Shown one piece after another: positions 10,701-21,344 of a stretch of DNA of 64,000 bases. This DNA is from Carcharhinus amblyrhynchos (taxonomy: Eukaryota), in assembly GCA_965287045.1 (NCBI GenBank), contig OZ336893.1:7254001-7318000 (forward strand), written 5' to 3'. The position numbers and the translations under genes were made by a program. Under the pieces are notes generated by a model. The model worked only from the letters and a program-made list of their open reading frames with translations, was not told the DNA's origin and ran no database searches. Numbering within the stretch: position 1 is the stretch's first letter; every line of letters starts with the position of its first letter.

Positions 10701-11979
10701 GTTATAACTGAGGACCTACAAACTTCCAGGGTTATGCTGTCCAACTGACTACGTTCATTCAGCTTCCTCCAGGAATCTGTTTGGCCTCAAGTCCTGGCTT
10801 GTGAGAAACCAGCTTTGCCACTTACACCATTTTTCTTTCTGATGGCAAACTATTGAGCTTTTCAAACAGTCTTGAGAGGAGGAGTAGGATTTTTAGGACT
10901 TGATTTCAAATAGCTGAAATTCAGTACGCTTCAGTTGCCCATCTCTGGGACAGTACAAAGTAATGCACTGACCATCCAACGGTTTGTAAAGCGATGACAA
11001 ACCTTGGGAGTCAGAGAGGTGTCAGAGCACAGAGGCCACAGCGAAAAGACTGAGATTCAGCAGCAGTAGCATTGTGACTGTACGTTTGTAAAGCTGACTC
11101 ATTTTTTCCTGTGTTCTGAAGCTGTGGTAATCTGCTAAGTTTGCTTATGAAGAAAAGGTAACAAACTTCTGAACCTTTATTCCATTAACAAACATTGAAT
11201 TTTAGTGATAAAGCAGCTCACACCCACTGGTGGTTGTTCAAAGGGGCTTAACAGTTTTTCCACCAGAGACTAGAATGGGCTAGATAGCTGCTAGTTTACT
11301 CACTGAAAGAGGCAAGAGCAATCTGGAGATGTGAAGCATGGAGGAGTATTTTCTCTCCTTGCTCCCTATAAACCAGTGCTGATCACTCGGCTTTGATCCA
11401 ATCTTTCAGATGGCCTGACTGAACTTGTGTGGAAAGTTACTGTCCACTGAACCTTTACTCTTGTGCAATCCACAAGAGGATATTGGCTCAGAAAATCTAG
11501 ATGTAGAATCAGTGTGGGTGGAACTAACAAGTGACAAGGGGCAGAAAACATTAGTGGAAGTTGTCTACAGGCCTCCAAACAGTAGTGGTAAGGAAGGGGA
11601 TGGCATGAAACAGAAAATTTGAGATGTATGTAACAAGGGCACTACAGTAATCATAAGTGACTTCAATCTACATATAGATTGGGCAAACCAAATTGGCAGC
11701 AATACTGTGGCAGATGAATTCCTGAAGTGTGTAGGAGATGATTTTTTTTTTTTGACCAGTATGTTTAGGAAACAGCTAGGGAATTTGCTATCCTAGATTT
11801 GGTATTTTGCAATGACAAGTGGTTAATTAATAATTTTGTGTAGTGTCCTTTCAGGAGCAGTGGCCATGACATGATAGAATTCTTCATTAGGATGGAAAGT
11901 GAAGAAGTCAATCTGAAACTAGGATCCTAAATTTAAACAAAGGAAACTACAAAAGAACCAGACTTGTATTAGCTAAGAT

Positions 11980-12765
11980 TAGGAGAGTGGGACAAAATGT
12001 TGCAGATGGAATTTAATGTGGCTAAGTGTGAGGTCACGCATTTTGGTCACAGAAACGGGAAGGCGACTTATTATCTAAATGGGGAGAGACTTGGGGTGCT
12101 CCGGTGTAGAGGGATCGAAGTGTCCTCATTCATGAGTCACAGAAAACTAGTATGCAGGTAAAGTGCAGATAATAAAGCAAATGGAATGTTGGCATTGAAA
12201 GCTAAAGGAATAGTATATAAAGGTAATAATTATATAATGCCTATATGAGGCATTTGTGCGGCCGCACCTGAATTATTGTGCACAGTTTTGGTCCCTGTAT
12301 TTGAGGCAGTTCAGTGGAGGTTCACCAGATTGATTCCAGAGATGAGGGGTTTGTTGCATGAAGAGAGATTGAACAGTTTAGCTTATACTGTCTGGAATTT
12401 AGAAGAATGAGGAGAAATCAAATTGAACAATATAAGATGATGAAAGGTATGAATAAAGTGGACATCGAGCGGATGCTTCCGCTGGTGGGGCTTTCTAGAA
12501 CGAGAGATCGTAGTCTTGGGATAAGGGATAGCAAATTTAAAACAGAGTTTTAAAATCCTCTCCCAATGGGTTGTGAATCCGTGGAATTCGCTACCCCAAA
12601 GTGCAGTGGATGCTGGAACAGTGAATAAATTTAAGGAGGAGTTCGACAGATTTTTAATTGGTGATGGGGAAAAGACAGGAAAATGGGGATGAGGAGCATA
12701 TCAGCCATGATGAAATGGTGGAGTGGACTTGATGAGCCGAATGGCCTAATTCTGCTCCTATATCA
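11980..12765 (+). mobile_element. 5'-truncated CR1 nested in CR1
   Basis: QMEFNVAKCEVTHFG region through the 3' UTR (..GCCGAATGGCCTAATTCTGCTCC). Confidence 0.88.
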
Positions 12766-13850
12766 ATGGGTGCTATTCTGCTCCGATATCAATGGGTGCT
12801 ATTCTGATTGGCGGTTGGTGACTAGTGGAGTGCCGCAGAGATCGGTGCTGGGGCCTCAGCTATTTACCATTTATATAGATGATCTGGAGGAGGGCGCTGA
12901 GTGTAGGGTAATGAAATTTGCTGTTGACACGAAGATGAGTGGGAAAAGCAAATTGTGCGGAGGTTGTGGAAAGTCTGCAGAGGGATCTGGATAGGCTGAG
13001 CGAGTGGGCGAGGACCTGGCAGATGGAGTACAATGTTAGCAAGTGTGAGGTTATCCACTTTGGCAGAAATAATAGTAGGAGGGATTACTATTTAAAGGGT
13101 GAAAAGCTGCAGCATGCTACGGTACAGAGGGACCTGGGGGTCCTTGTGCATGAGTCGCAAAAACCCAGTCTGCAGGTGCAGCAGGTGATCAAGATGGTGA
13201 ATGGAATGCTGGCCTTTATAGTGAGGGGGATAGAATATAAAAGCAGAGAGGTCTTGCTGCAACTGTACAGGGCACTGGTGAGGCCGCAGCTGGAGTACTG
13301 TGTGCAGTTTTGGTCGCCGCACTCGCGCAAGGATATTTTGGCTTTGGAGGGAGTGCAGAGGAGGTTCACTAGGCTGATACCAGAGATGAGGGGGTTGGAC
13401 TATGAAGAGAGACTAAATAGACTGGGTCTGTACTTGTTGGAGTTTAGAAGGATGCGGGGGGATCTTATAGAGACGTATAAGATAATGAAAGGGATGGATT
13501 GGGTAGAGGTAGAGAGATTCTTCCCGCTCAGAAAGGACAGCAGGACTAGAGGGCGCAGCCTCAAGATAAGGGGGGGGACAGTTTAGAACAGAGTTGAGGA
13601 GGAACTTCTTCACTTAAAGGGTGGTGAATCTCTGGAATTCTCTGCCCGTTGAAGTTGTGGAGGCTACCTCGCTAAATATATTTAAGTCACGGGTAGATAG
13701 GATTTTGACGGACAAGGGAATTAAGGGTTATGGGGAGAAAGCGGGAAAGTGGAACTGATCTGCTTCAGATCAGCCATGATCTTATTGAATGGTGGGGCAG
13801 GCTAGATGGCCTACTCCTGCTCCTATTTCTTATGTTCTTATGTTTCTTAT
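12765..13850 (+). mobile_element. Younger 5'-truncated CR1 (RT C-terminus, 215-aa ORF)
   Basis: SGVPQRSVLGPQLF.IYIDDL, LQRDLDRLSEWA..WQMEYN..KC, YCVQFWSP and a (TTCTTATG)n tail. Confidence 0.95.
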
Positions 13851-13954
13851 ATCTTATGAACTTATGTAGATCAGAGAACTTCATAAAAAGGCATGACACT
13901 GGCTAATATTTAAGGAATGAATTGCAATAATTATATATTCCTTCGTGGCGTTTT

Positions 13955-14100
13955 CTCTACTCCCTAGCTATGTCTGTAATACTACATCCTGCAATCTCTC
14001 ATTTCCTTCTCTATGAACGGTATTTGTCTGTATAGCGCGCAAGAAACAATTCTTTTTACTGTATGTTAATACATGTGATGATAATAAATCAAATCAAATC
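13955..14100 (+). mobile_element. Rex1/Babar LINE 3' tail
   Basis: Matches 20845-20990 and ends ATAATAAATCAAATCAAATC. Confidence 0.8.
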
Positions 14101-15424
14101 AGAAAAGTGGCCCAACCATGACTAACAAAAGAAATTAAGGATAATATTAGATCCAAGGAGGAGTCATATAAAGTTGCTAGAAAAAGTAGCAGCCTGAGAA
14201 TTGAGAGAATTTCAGTATTCAGCAAAGGAGGACAAAAAGATTATTGAGAGGGAAAATGGAGTATGAGAGTAAACTTGCGAGGATCATAAAAGTGAACAGT
14301 AAAACTATGAAAAAGATTAGTGAAGACAAATGTAGGTGTGTTACAGTCTGAAACAGGAGAACTTATACTGGAGACCTAGGACACGGCCGAGCAATTAAGC
14401 TACTTTAGTTCTGTTTTCATGAAGGAAGACAAATAACTTCCCAGGAATGCTAAGGAATCCAGGGTCTAGTGAGAAGGAAGAATTGTATTAGTAATAAAAG
14501 ACTGTTGGAGAAATTAATGGGACTGAAGGCCAATAAATTCCTAGGGCCTGATAATCTACATCTCAGGGTAGTAAAGGAGGTGGCTGTGGAGATAGTGAAT
14601 GCATTGGTTATCATCATCCAAAATTCTGTAGATTCTGGAACAATTCCACTAGGTTGGAGGGTGGCAAATGTAACTTGTCCATATGAAAGCAAAGGAGGAA
14701 ATTACAGACCAGTTAGCCTAACTAAGTAGTAGGGAAAATGCTAGAGTTTATTATGAAGGATGTGATAAGAGATCACTTAGAAAATATCAGTGGGATGAGA
14801 TAAAGTCAGCATGGATTTATGAAAGGGAAATAATGTTTAACAAACCTACTGATGTTTTTTGAAGATGATACTAGTAGAATAGATAAGGATGTGTTGATTT
14901 GGATTTTCAGAAAACTTTTGATGAATCCACATAAGAGGTTAGCATGCAAAATAAAAGCACGTGGGATTACGAGTAATATATTGGCATGGATTTAGAATTG
15001 GTCAGCAGACAGGAAATGAAGAGTAGGAATAAATGGGTCTTTTTTGAAGTAGCAGGCAGAGACTTGTGAGGTCCTGCAGGCATAAGAGCTTGGGTGCTAG
15101 CTATTCACAATATACTATCAATGATTTGGATGAGGGAACCAAATGTAATACTTCCAAGTTTGCTGATGAACAAAACTTGGTGGGAAGGTGAGTGGTGAAG
15201 AGGATGTTAAGAGGCTTCAAGGTGATTGATAAGTTGAGCGATTGGGCAGATGCAGTATAATGTGGGTAAATGTGAAGTTATCCACTTTGCATGGAGAAAC
15301 ACAATGGCAGAATATTATTTAATTGGATTGGAAAATATTGTCATATAAACGGACCTGGGCACCCTAGTACACTAGTCACTGAAAGCAAGCTTGCACATAC
15401 GGCAAGCAGTTAGGAAGGCAAATG

Positions 15425-15712
15425 TTTAAGTTTATTTATTAGTGTCACAGGTAGACTTACATTAACACTGCAGTGAAGTTAATGTGAAAATCCCCTAGTC
15501 ATCACACTCTGGGGCACTGTTCGGGTACACTGAGGGAGAGATTAGCATAGCCAGTGCACCTAACCAGCATGTATTTTGGATTGTGGGAGGAAATCTGAGC
15601 ACCCAGAGGAAATCCAAGCAGACACGGAGAGAACATGCAGACTTCACATGGTCAGTGACCCAACCCGGGAATCGAACACAGGTCCGTGGCGCTATGTTTC
15701 AACAGTGTTAGC
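15425..15712 (-). mobile_element. V-SINE tail-type A
   Basis: Reverse complement of the 16085-16390 type. Confidence 0.9.
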
Positions 15713-16084
15713 CAAATGTTATATTGACCTTTGTTGCACTTAAACACAAGAGCAAGGATGTCTTGCTGCAGCTGGACAGGGCCTTGGAGAAACCACGCTT
15801 GGAGTATTGTGTGTGGTTTTGATCTCTGTCTGAATAAGGAAATATTTGTTGTAGCGGAAATGCTGCGAAGGTTCACCAGACTTTTGCAGGGGGGTTTTCC
15901 TGATTTAGCTTTTGCTTTATGCACTTTTTTTTTAAGAGTCTTTTAACTGGTAACTTTTCAAGTTGCTAAAATGTGTGCATGTTTATAATTTTAAAGTTAA
16001 TTGCTCGGGAACAGAAACCACTTCAGAGTTCCTTGAACATTTCAGTGCAGTCTGAAAGTTTTATTTTAGTTATTACGCCATGAA

Positions 16085-16390
16085 CACAGTGGCACAGTGG
16101 TAAGCATTGCTGCCTCACAGCACCAGGGAACCGGCTTCAATCCCCAGTTTCTGTCACTGCCTGTGTGGAGTCTGCGCGTTCTCCCCATGTCAACATGGGT
16201 TTTTTCCATGTTCTCAGCATTCCTCCCACAGTCCGAAACACGTGCGAGTTAGGTGCATTGGCCATGCTAAATTCTCCCTGATTGTACCCAAAGAGGCACC
16301 GGAGTGTGGCAACTAGGGATTTTCACAGTAACTTCGTTGCAGTTTTAATGTAAGCCTACTTGTGACACTAATAAATAAACTTTAAAACTT
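16085..16390 (+). mobile_element. V-SINE tail-type A, full length
   Basis: A box TGGCACAGTGG, degenerate B box GGCTTCAATCCC, V-core, and tail TTTTCACAGTAAC..TTGTGACACTAATAAATAAAC. Confidence 0.92.
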
Positions 16391-16769
16391 TAAATCAGAG
16401 TTTCTAGAATAGGTGGTATTTGAAATGAGAGGAAATCCAGCCTGTAAAGTGCATTTGGGACGGTTTGTGATTTTGATGCCAATGCTGGTCCTATGGTGCA
16501 AATAACACTTTTGGTAGGCATCAGACAGAGACTGGTTTATGCCACTGGGGGTCAGTATTATCACAGGTTTTATATTGCAATTCACTGAGTTTTTATTTCA
16601 ATGGCCCAAGATGTAACCACAGCATTAAAATCCTCTGGTCTCAAAGAATGTCATTTTCTCATATTTGCACTCATATTTGTAGCTGTTTTAATTTAAATGT
16701 GCTTTCTTGTGCGAAAGTGTGGTTTTCTGAATGTGGTTGGAAAGGGTGAAATTTATTACTTAGAGTTTA

Positions 16770-17060
16770 AAATAGAACAGAATAGAATCCTACAGTGCAG
16801 AAGAAGGCCATTTGGCCCATCAAGTCTGCACTGACCACCCAGGCCCTATCCCCATAACCCCATGCATTTACCCGAGCTAATACTCCTGACATGCAGGGGC
16901 AATTTACCATGGCCAATCCACCTAACCCACACATCTTCGGACTGTGTGAAGAAACCCATGGAGACACGGGGAAAATGTGCAAACTCCACACAGACGGTGA
17001 CCCAAGCCGAGAATCGAACCCAGGTCGCTGGAACTGTGAGGCGGCACTGTGCCACCCTGC
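16770..17060 (-). mobile_element. HE1-like V-SINE, tail-type B
   Basis: Same structure as 2612-2937, with an (ATTCT)n tail. Confidence 0.9.
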
Positions 17061-17247
17061 CTCCCCGAAAGTTTGATGTCCATTTTATATTTCTAAGAAA
17101 GCAAAAAAAATTTAGCTCCTTGAGAAAGTTTTGCCCCATATACCTTTTCCCATGAGGGCATCAGCAAAACAATTGGGATTTCTGTCCAAATATTGGTGCA
17201 AGAAAGTAAACAAATTTCACCCCTATATATGGTGCATAAATCATACT

Positions 17248-17942
17248 GGGCATGATTTTCCTGCCCCATTTATGCTGGTGGACTAATGTAGTGGGGGCAG
17301 GAAATTTCAGCTGGGGAGGCCAAAAATCTGAATCCCGCCCAGCAGATTGTGATTCTCCCGAGCGTTTTTTTTGATGTAATCAGGCTGATGTTAATATTCA
17401 TGATCTTATTTAAATGGATTTAGTGAGTCTGTGGACACTGTTGCCTGGGTTCACTTGTCTCTCTGAGATTGCTGGTGGAGATTCACATCAGTGCGGATCA
17501 CAGCTGGTCCTCAGCAATGCAAACCAGATGTGATGACCTTGCTGGTGGGAGGCCCTCCAGGAGATCACGGGTCAAAGGAGGGCAGTGCCATGCTGGCACT
17601 AGCGGGGTGGGGAACTCTGCATCGGGGACTGGGGGGGCTAATCGTGGGGCTGGCGATTGGAGGTGTGGATGGAGGGTGTTCGGGAGGTCATCGATGTCTG
17701 GGGAGGGGTGATGGGGAGATACCCATGTGCAATGGTGCTCTGAGCATTCTGCTGCCGGCCTTTCTGGCGGGCTTAAGCCCCCTTTCCCCACCTACCACTG
17801 GCATGAATTGCCTGATGGCCTCTGAATTGAACAGAGTGCTGTAAATTACCGAGACTCAGCTTGCCAAAAAAGCAGGCAGGCAAACCTTTCATTTTCCCAC
17901 CTGTTGGTGACACTTTGAATTTTTTGGGGAAAACCTCCCCCC
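17248..17942. mobile_element. PHIS/Harbinger-like MITE
   Basis: Ends GGGCATGATTTTCC / GGAAAACCTCCCCCC, flanked by ACT on both sides. Confidence 0.65.
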
Positions 17943-18172
17943 ACTGTGTTTCAATAGTGAAAGTCATACATTGAAATGTAGACTGGCTTATACATGTTTC
18001 AAAGTAAGTTCTGAGTCTTCAACTAATGCAAATTTCACAGTGCGCTGTCATCTATGTTTATGATTTGTACTGTAATTAATGCATGGTGGTGGATTTGGCT
18101 TGTGTGCATACTGGTCTATGTGACCAACTTACAATCACATTGTTCTGAACTGCATATTGACACTCCATATAG

Positions 18173-18283
18173 GTTCTGATACCACAGTCAAAATAACATC
18201 AAGAGATGTTGATCTCGAACTTCAACTCCCCTTTGGTTCACAGACCAGGATATTCCTACAGGAAGCCCGCAAGGCATGTGAAG
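18173..18283 (+). CDS. INPP5B: INPP5B coding exon: (G)SDTTVKITSRDVDLELQLPFGSQTRIFLQEARKACE
   Basis: Matches recalled human GSDVTVQLDTAELSLVFQLPFGSQTRMFLHEVARAC. TAG| acceptor, AAG|GTAAGA donor; 111 nt, phase 1/1. Confidence 0.96.
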
Positions 18284-18719
18284 GTAAGAAAATGTTTATT
18301 ACTCATGCATTTAAAATTACTCAGGAATAAATTCCCAAACATACCAGTCAATTTGGGGCCAGTGGGGATGTTCAGTGCTGGAAGTAGGATCAGGACCAGG
18401 TTTAGTCAAGTTATTTTCTGAGGCGGGTGAGGCAGGCACTGATTACTCTGCAACATGCAATGTCAACATCATAAAAGTAGAGTGCATAATCTGGAGTCCT
18501 ACATGGATCTAGACATAGGTATTGTAGGTCAGGTGTTTCTCACATGTCAGTGCAGATTCGATGGGCCAAAGGGCCTCTTCTGCACTGTGAGATTCTGTTC
18601 CACATCTGATGCTCGCAATGTTTTGTAGACCTTCAAGGGGCTTTATAAGGCACATTCTTATGAGAGTTTGAGAAAGGGCACCTCTGAGGTTAAAATAACT
18701 TGGACCTTTGATGGATACT

Positions 18720-19745
18720 GAAAAATTAGATTTGTGCGAGATACACAGAATCAAGCTGAATCTGAAAAGTACAGGAGAGATATAAAAAAGAGGGAATAAA
18801 AGAGGGGCAAGGATAATGTATATGAATATATTAATGGGTAACAGAAAATGAAACCCCAAACGCGTTTACAAATTAACACAGTGAAAAGGAAAGTCAAAGG
18901 AAGGGTGCAGATTCAAAAAAGAAGATATGGACAAGAGAAGCAGAGAATATGGCTGAGCTATTAAATGAGTACTTGGGCAACATCCTCTTCTATAATGGAG
19001 AAAGATGCAAAGTCACAGAAATGAAGGAAGTGGTAAAAAAAATTGATCAGGATAGAGATAGCTAAAGATAAGGTACTTGAAAGGTTTGCGACACTCAGAA
19101 GTGGAAATGTCATCTGGTGAGATGCAATCCAAGATATAGAGGGAAGCAAGGTTGGATAAGATACAACCCAAGATGCAACAAAGGGAAGTAAGGTTGGAAA
19201 TTGTGGAAGCTGTTGTCACAAGATGGATATGGGGGAGGTGCCAGAGAATTATCTATGTTGTTCCAGTGTTCAAGAGAGGGTTAAATTTGATATTGATAGG
19301 CCAATTAGCCCTGTGATGGTGGTAAAGCTTTTAGAAATAACAGTCTTGGACAAAATTAGTTGACGTTTTGGAAAAATGGTCAATAAATGAAAGCCATTTG
19401 TTGACGACAAATCATCTGTGACTAACTCAATTGAGATCTTTGATGGAATACTGAGAGAGTTGTTGAGGGCTGGGTGGTTGATGTGGTGCTTGTAGTGGCA
19501 AAAGAACCAGGAACCAGAGAACACAGATAATTGGCTAAAGAACCAACTGTAATACAAGAATCAAATTGTTACATAGTGAGTTATGATGATTGTGAATTCA
19601 CTGTCTGAAAGAGCGGTTGAATTAGATTAATACTTGAGAGAAAAAAGTGCAGAACTCCAGAGGAAGAGAAAGGAAGTGACAAATAGGTAGCTTTTGCAAA
19701 GGGCTGCACAGTGATAATGGGCTGAATGATCTCCTATGCTGTATC
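18720..19745 (+). mobile_element. Highly decayed CR1 LINE
   Basis: Residual LN.Y..S, RPISP and SSVTNSIEIFD pieces and a CR1-like tail. Confidence 0.6.
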
Positions 19746-19751
19746 ATTTTT

Positions 19752-19918
19752 CCAAAGATGTGTGGGTTAGGTGGATTGGCTGTGCTAAATTGCCCCTTAG
19801 TGTCAGGGGGATTAACAGGGTAAATATGTGAGGTTACAGGGATGGACCCTGGGTGGGATAGTTGTCAGTACAGACTCGATGGGTTGAATGGCACTGTAAG
19901 GATTCCATAATTCTATGA
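19752..19918 (+). mobile_element. 5'-truncated V-SINE type B
   Basis: CCAAAGATGTGTGGGTTAGGTGGATTGGC core followed by the type-B tail. Confidence 0.85.
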
Positions 19919-19974
19919 TGCCCATATTGCAGTCAAATCTAATGGCATGGTGATGTATCTGGACTTAAAATATT

Positions 19975-21175
19975 GGGTAGCATTCTTCTATCTGGGATGA
20001 TGTCCTGTGGCGGGTGCGGGAACAAGGAATGTTTCCCGCTACGGAGACCAATGGGAAAGTCCACCTCATCTTCTGCCCCCGACTACATTAATTATGCATC
20101 CGGGGGTTTAGTGCCATATTTTGTGGCAGGGCGGGCTTGATTGCGTGCACCTGTCGTCATATCTGGGTGCCCATATTTAAAAGGCACTCAACGTCATTGT
20201 CGTGCTGTTGAAGAGAGAAGATGGATCTTCAGGAACACACTGAGGCCAGATAGTGAGCCTCCTCGATGACACTGAAGCTATAAGATCCACCTGATAGATG
20301 CTGTCCCTGCCCACTGCTGTGGTGTTCCAGGGTCACTGGCAGCCTCCATCCCGAGCTCCGAAGGCAGCCCCGGGCATTCTTCAGGCAATCCCTATTACTG
20401 TACACTGCATTGTTCCAGACATGTTCAGGGCCAGCGTATTTTCTGGCTGGCATCACAGCAAATAGGGGGGAAGAAATTTGACATGTCAGCTACGACTCTC
20501 ACCAACTTTTACAGATGCACCACAGAAAGCATTCTTTCTGGTTGTATCACAGCTTGGTATTGCTCCTGCTCTGTCCAAGAACACAAGGAACTACAAAAGG
20601 TTGTGAATGTAGCCCAATCTGTCACGCAAACCAACTTCCCATCCATTGACTCTGTCTACGCTTTCCACTGCCTCGGCAAAGCAACCAGCATAATTAAGGA
20701 CCTCACGCACCCTGGGCATTCTTCCTTCCACCTTTCTTCAGGAAAAAGATACAAAAGTCTGAGGTGACGTACCAACCAACTCAAGAACAGCTTCTTCCCT
20801 GCTGCTGTCAGAGTTTTGAATGGACTTACCTTGCATTAAGTTGATCTTTCTCTTGCTATTACTGTAAGACTACATTCTGCACTCTCTCGTTTCCTTCTCC
20901 ATGAATGGTATGTTTTATCTGTATAGGGCACAAGAAACAATACTTTTCACTGTATGTTAATACATATAACAATAATAAAACAAATCGAAGATTCTATTTG
21001 GCCCTCCTTCTGCTTCCAATTAGCAGGACGTAGATTAATTTTCACAGTGGTTTCCTGAGTTGCCATGGTGAGTACCAGTGGAAGATCCCATGGGAAATTC
21101 ACACTGGCTAAGAAAATGATACTTGGCACCTGCCCGCTATTGAAGCAGCTGCCGGGGCAAGGGAGAATTCTGCCC
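19975..21175. mobile_element. PHIS/Harbinger-like non-autonomous element containing a Rex1 insertion
   Basis: Ends GGGTAGCATTCTTC / GGGAGAATTCTGCCC; flanks ATT / ATA. Confidence 0.55.
20470..20990 (+). mobile_element. Rex1/Babar LINE 3' fragment
   Basis: TLTNFYRCTTESILSGCITAWY..LQKVV..A, followed by the Rex-type 3' UTR. Confidence 0.9.
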
Positions 21176-21344
21176 ATAGGCTCATTCATCCAGTGCTATC
21201 ACTGGAATAAACAAAACAATGCTCAAGCTAACTGCTAAGAAAGGTACAAGTAAAACAGGCTCTGTGAATTAAGCCTATGTGTGAAACAGTTTTTATACTC
21301 TCTAATTGCTTTGAATTCAAATACCTCTGAGCTGGCTTCTGGCA

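Larger units (their letters stand above)
11465..15890 (+). mobile_element. Decayed CR1 (HER1-like) LINE ORF2 (APE + RT) carrying four nested insertions
   Basis: APE motifs ESVWVEL..VVYRPP and (S)DFN, then RT motifs GPDNLH.RV.KE, NYRPVSLT and KFADE. Interrupted at ~11980-13865, 13955-14100 and 15425-15712. Confidence 0.9.

Noticed and set aside
12939-13586. 215-aa ORF as a host gene
   Set aside because: It is the C-terminus of CR1 ORF2 in a 5'-truncated copy.
16085-16150. tRNA gene
   Set aside because: It is a tRNA-derived SINE head with a degenerate B box, followed by SINE body; no proper cloverleaf was found.
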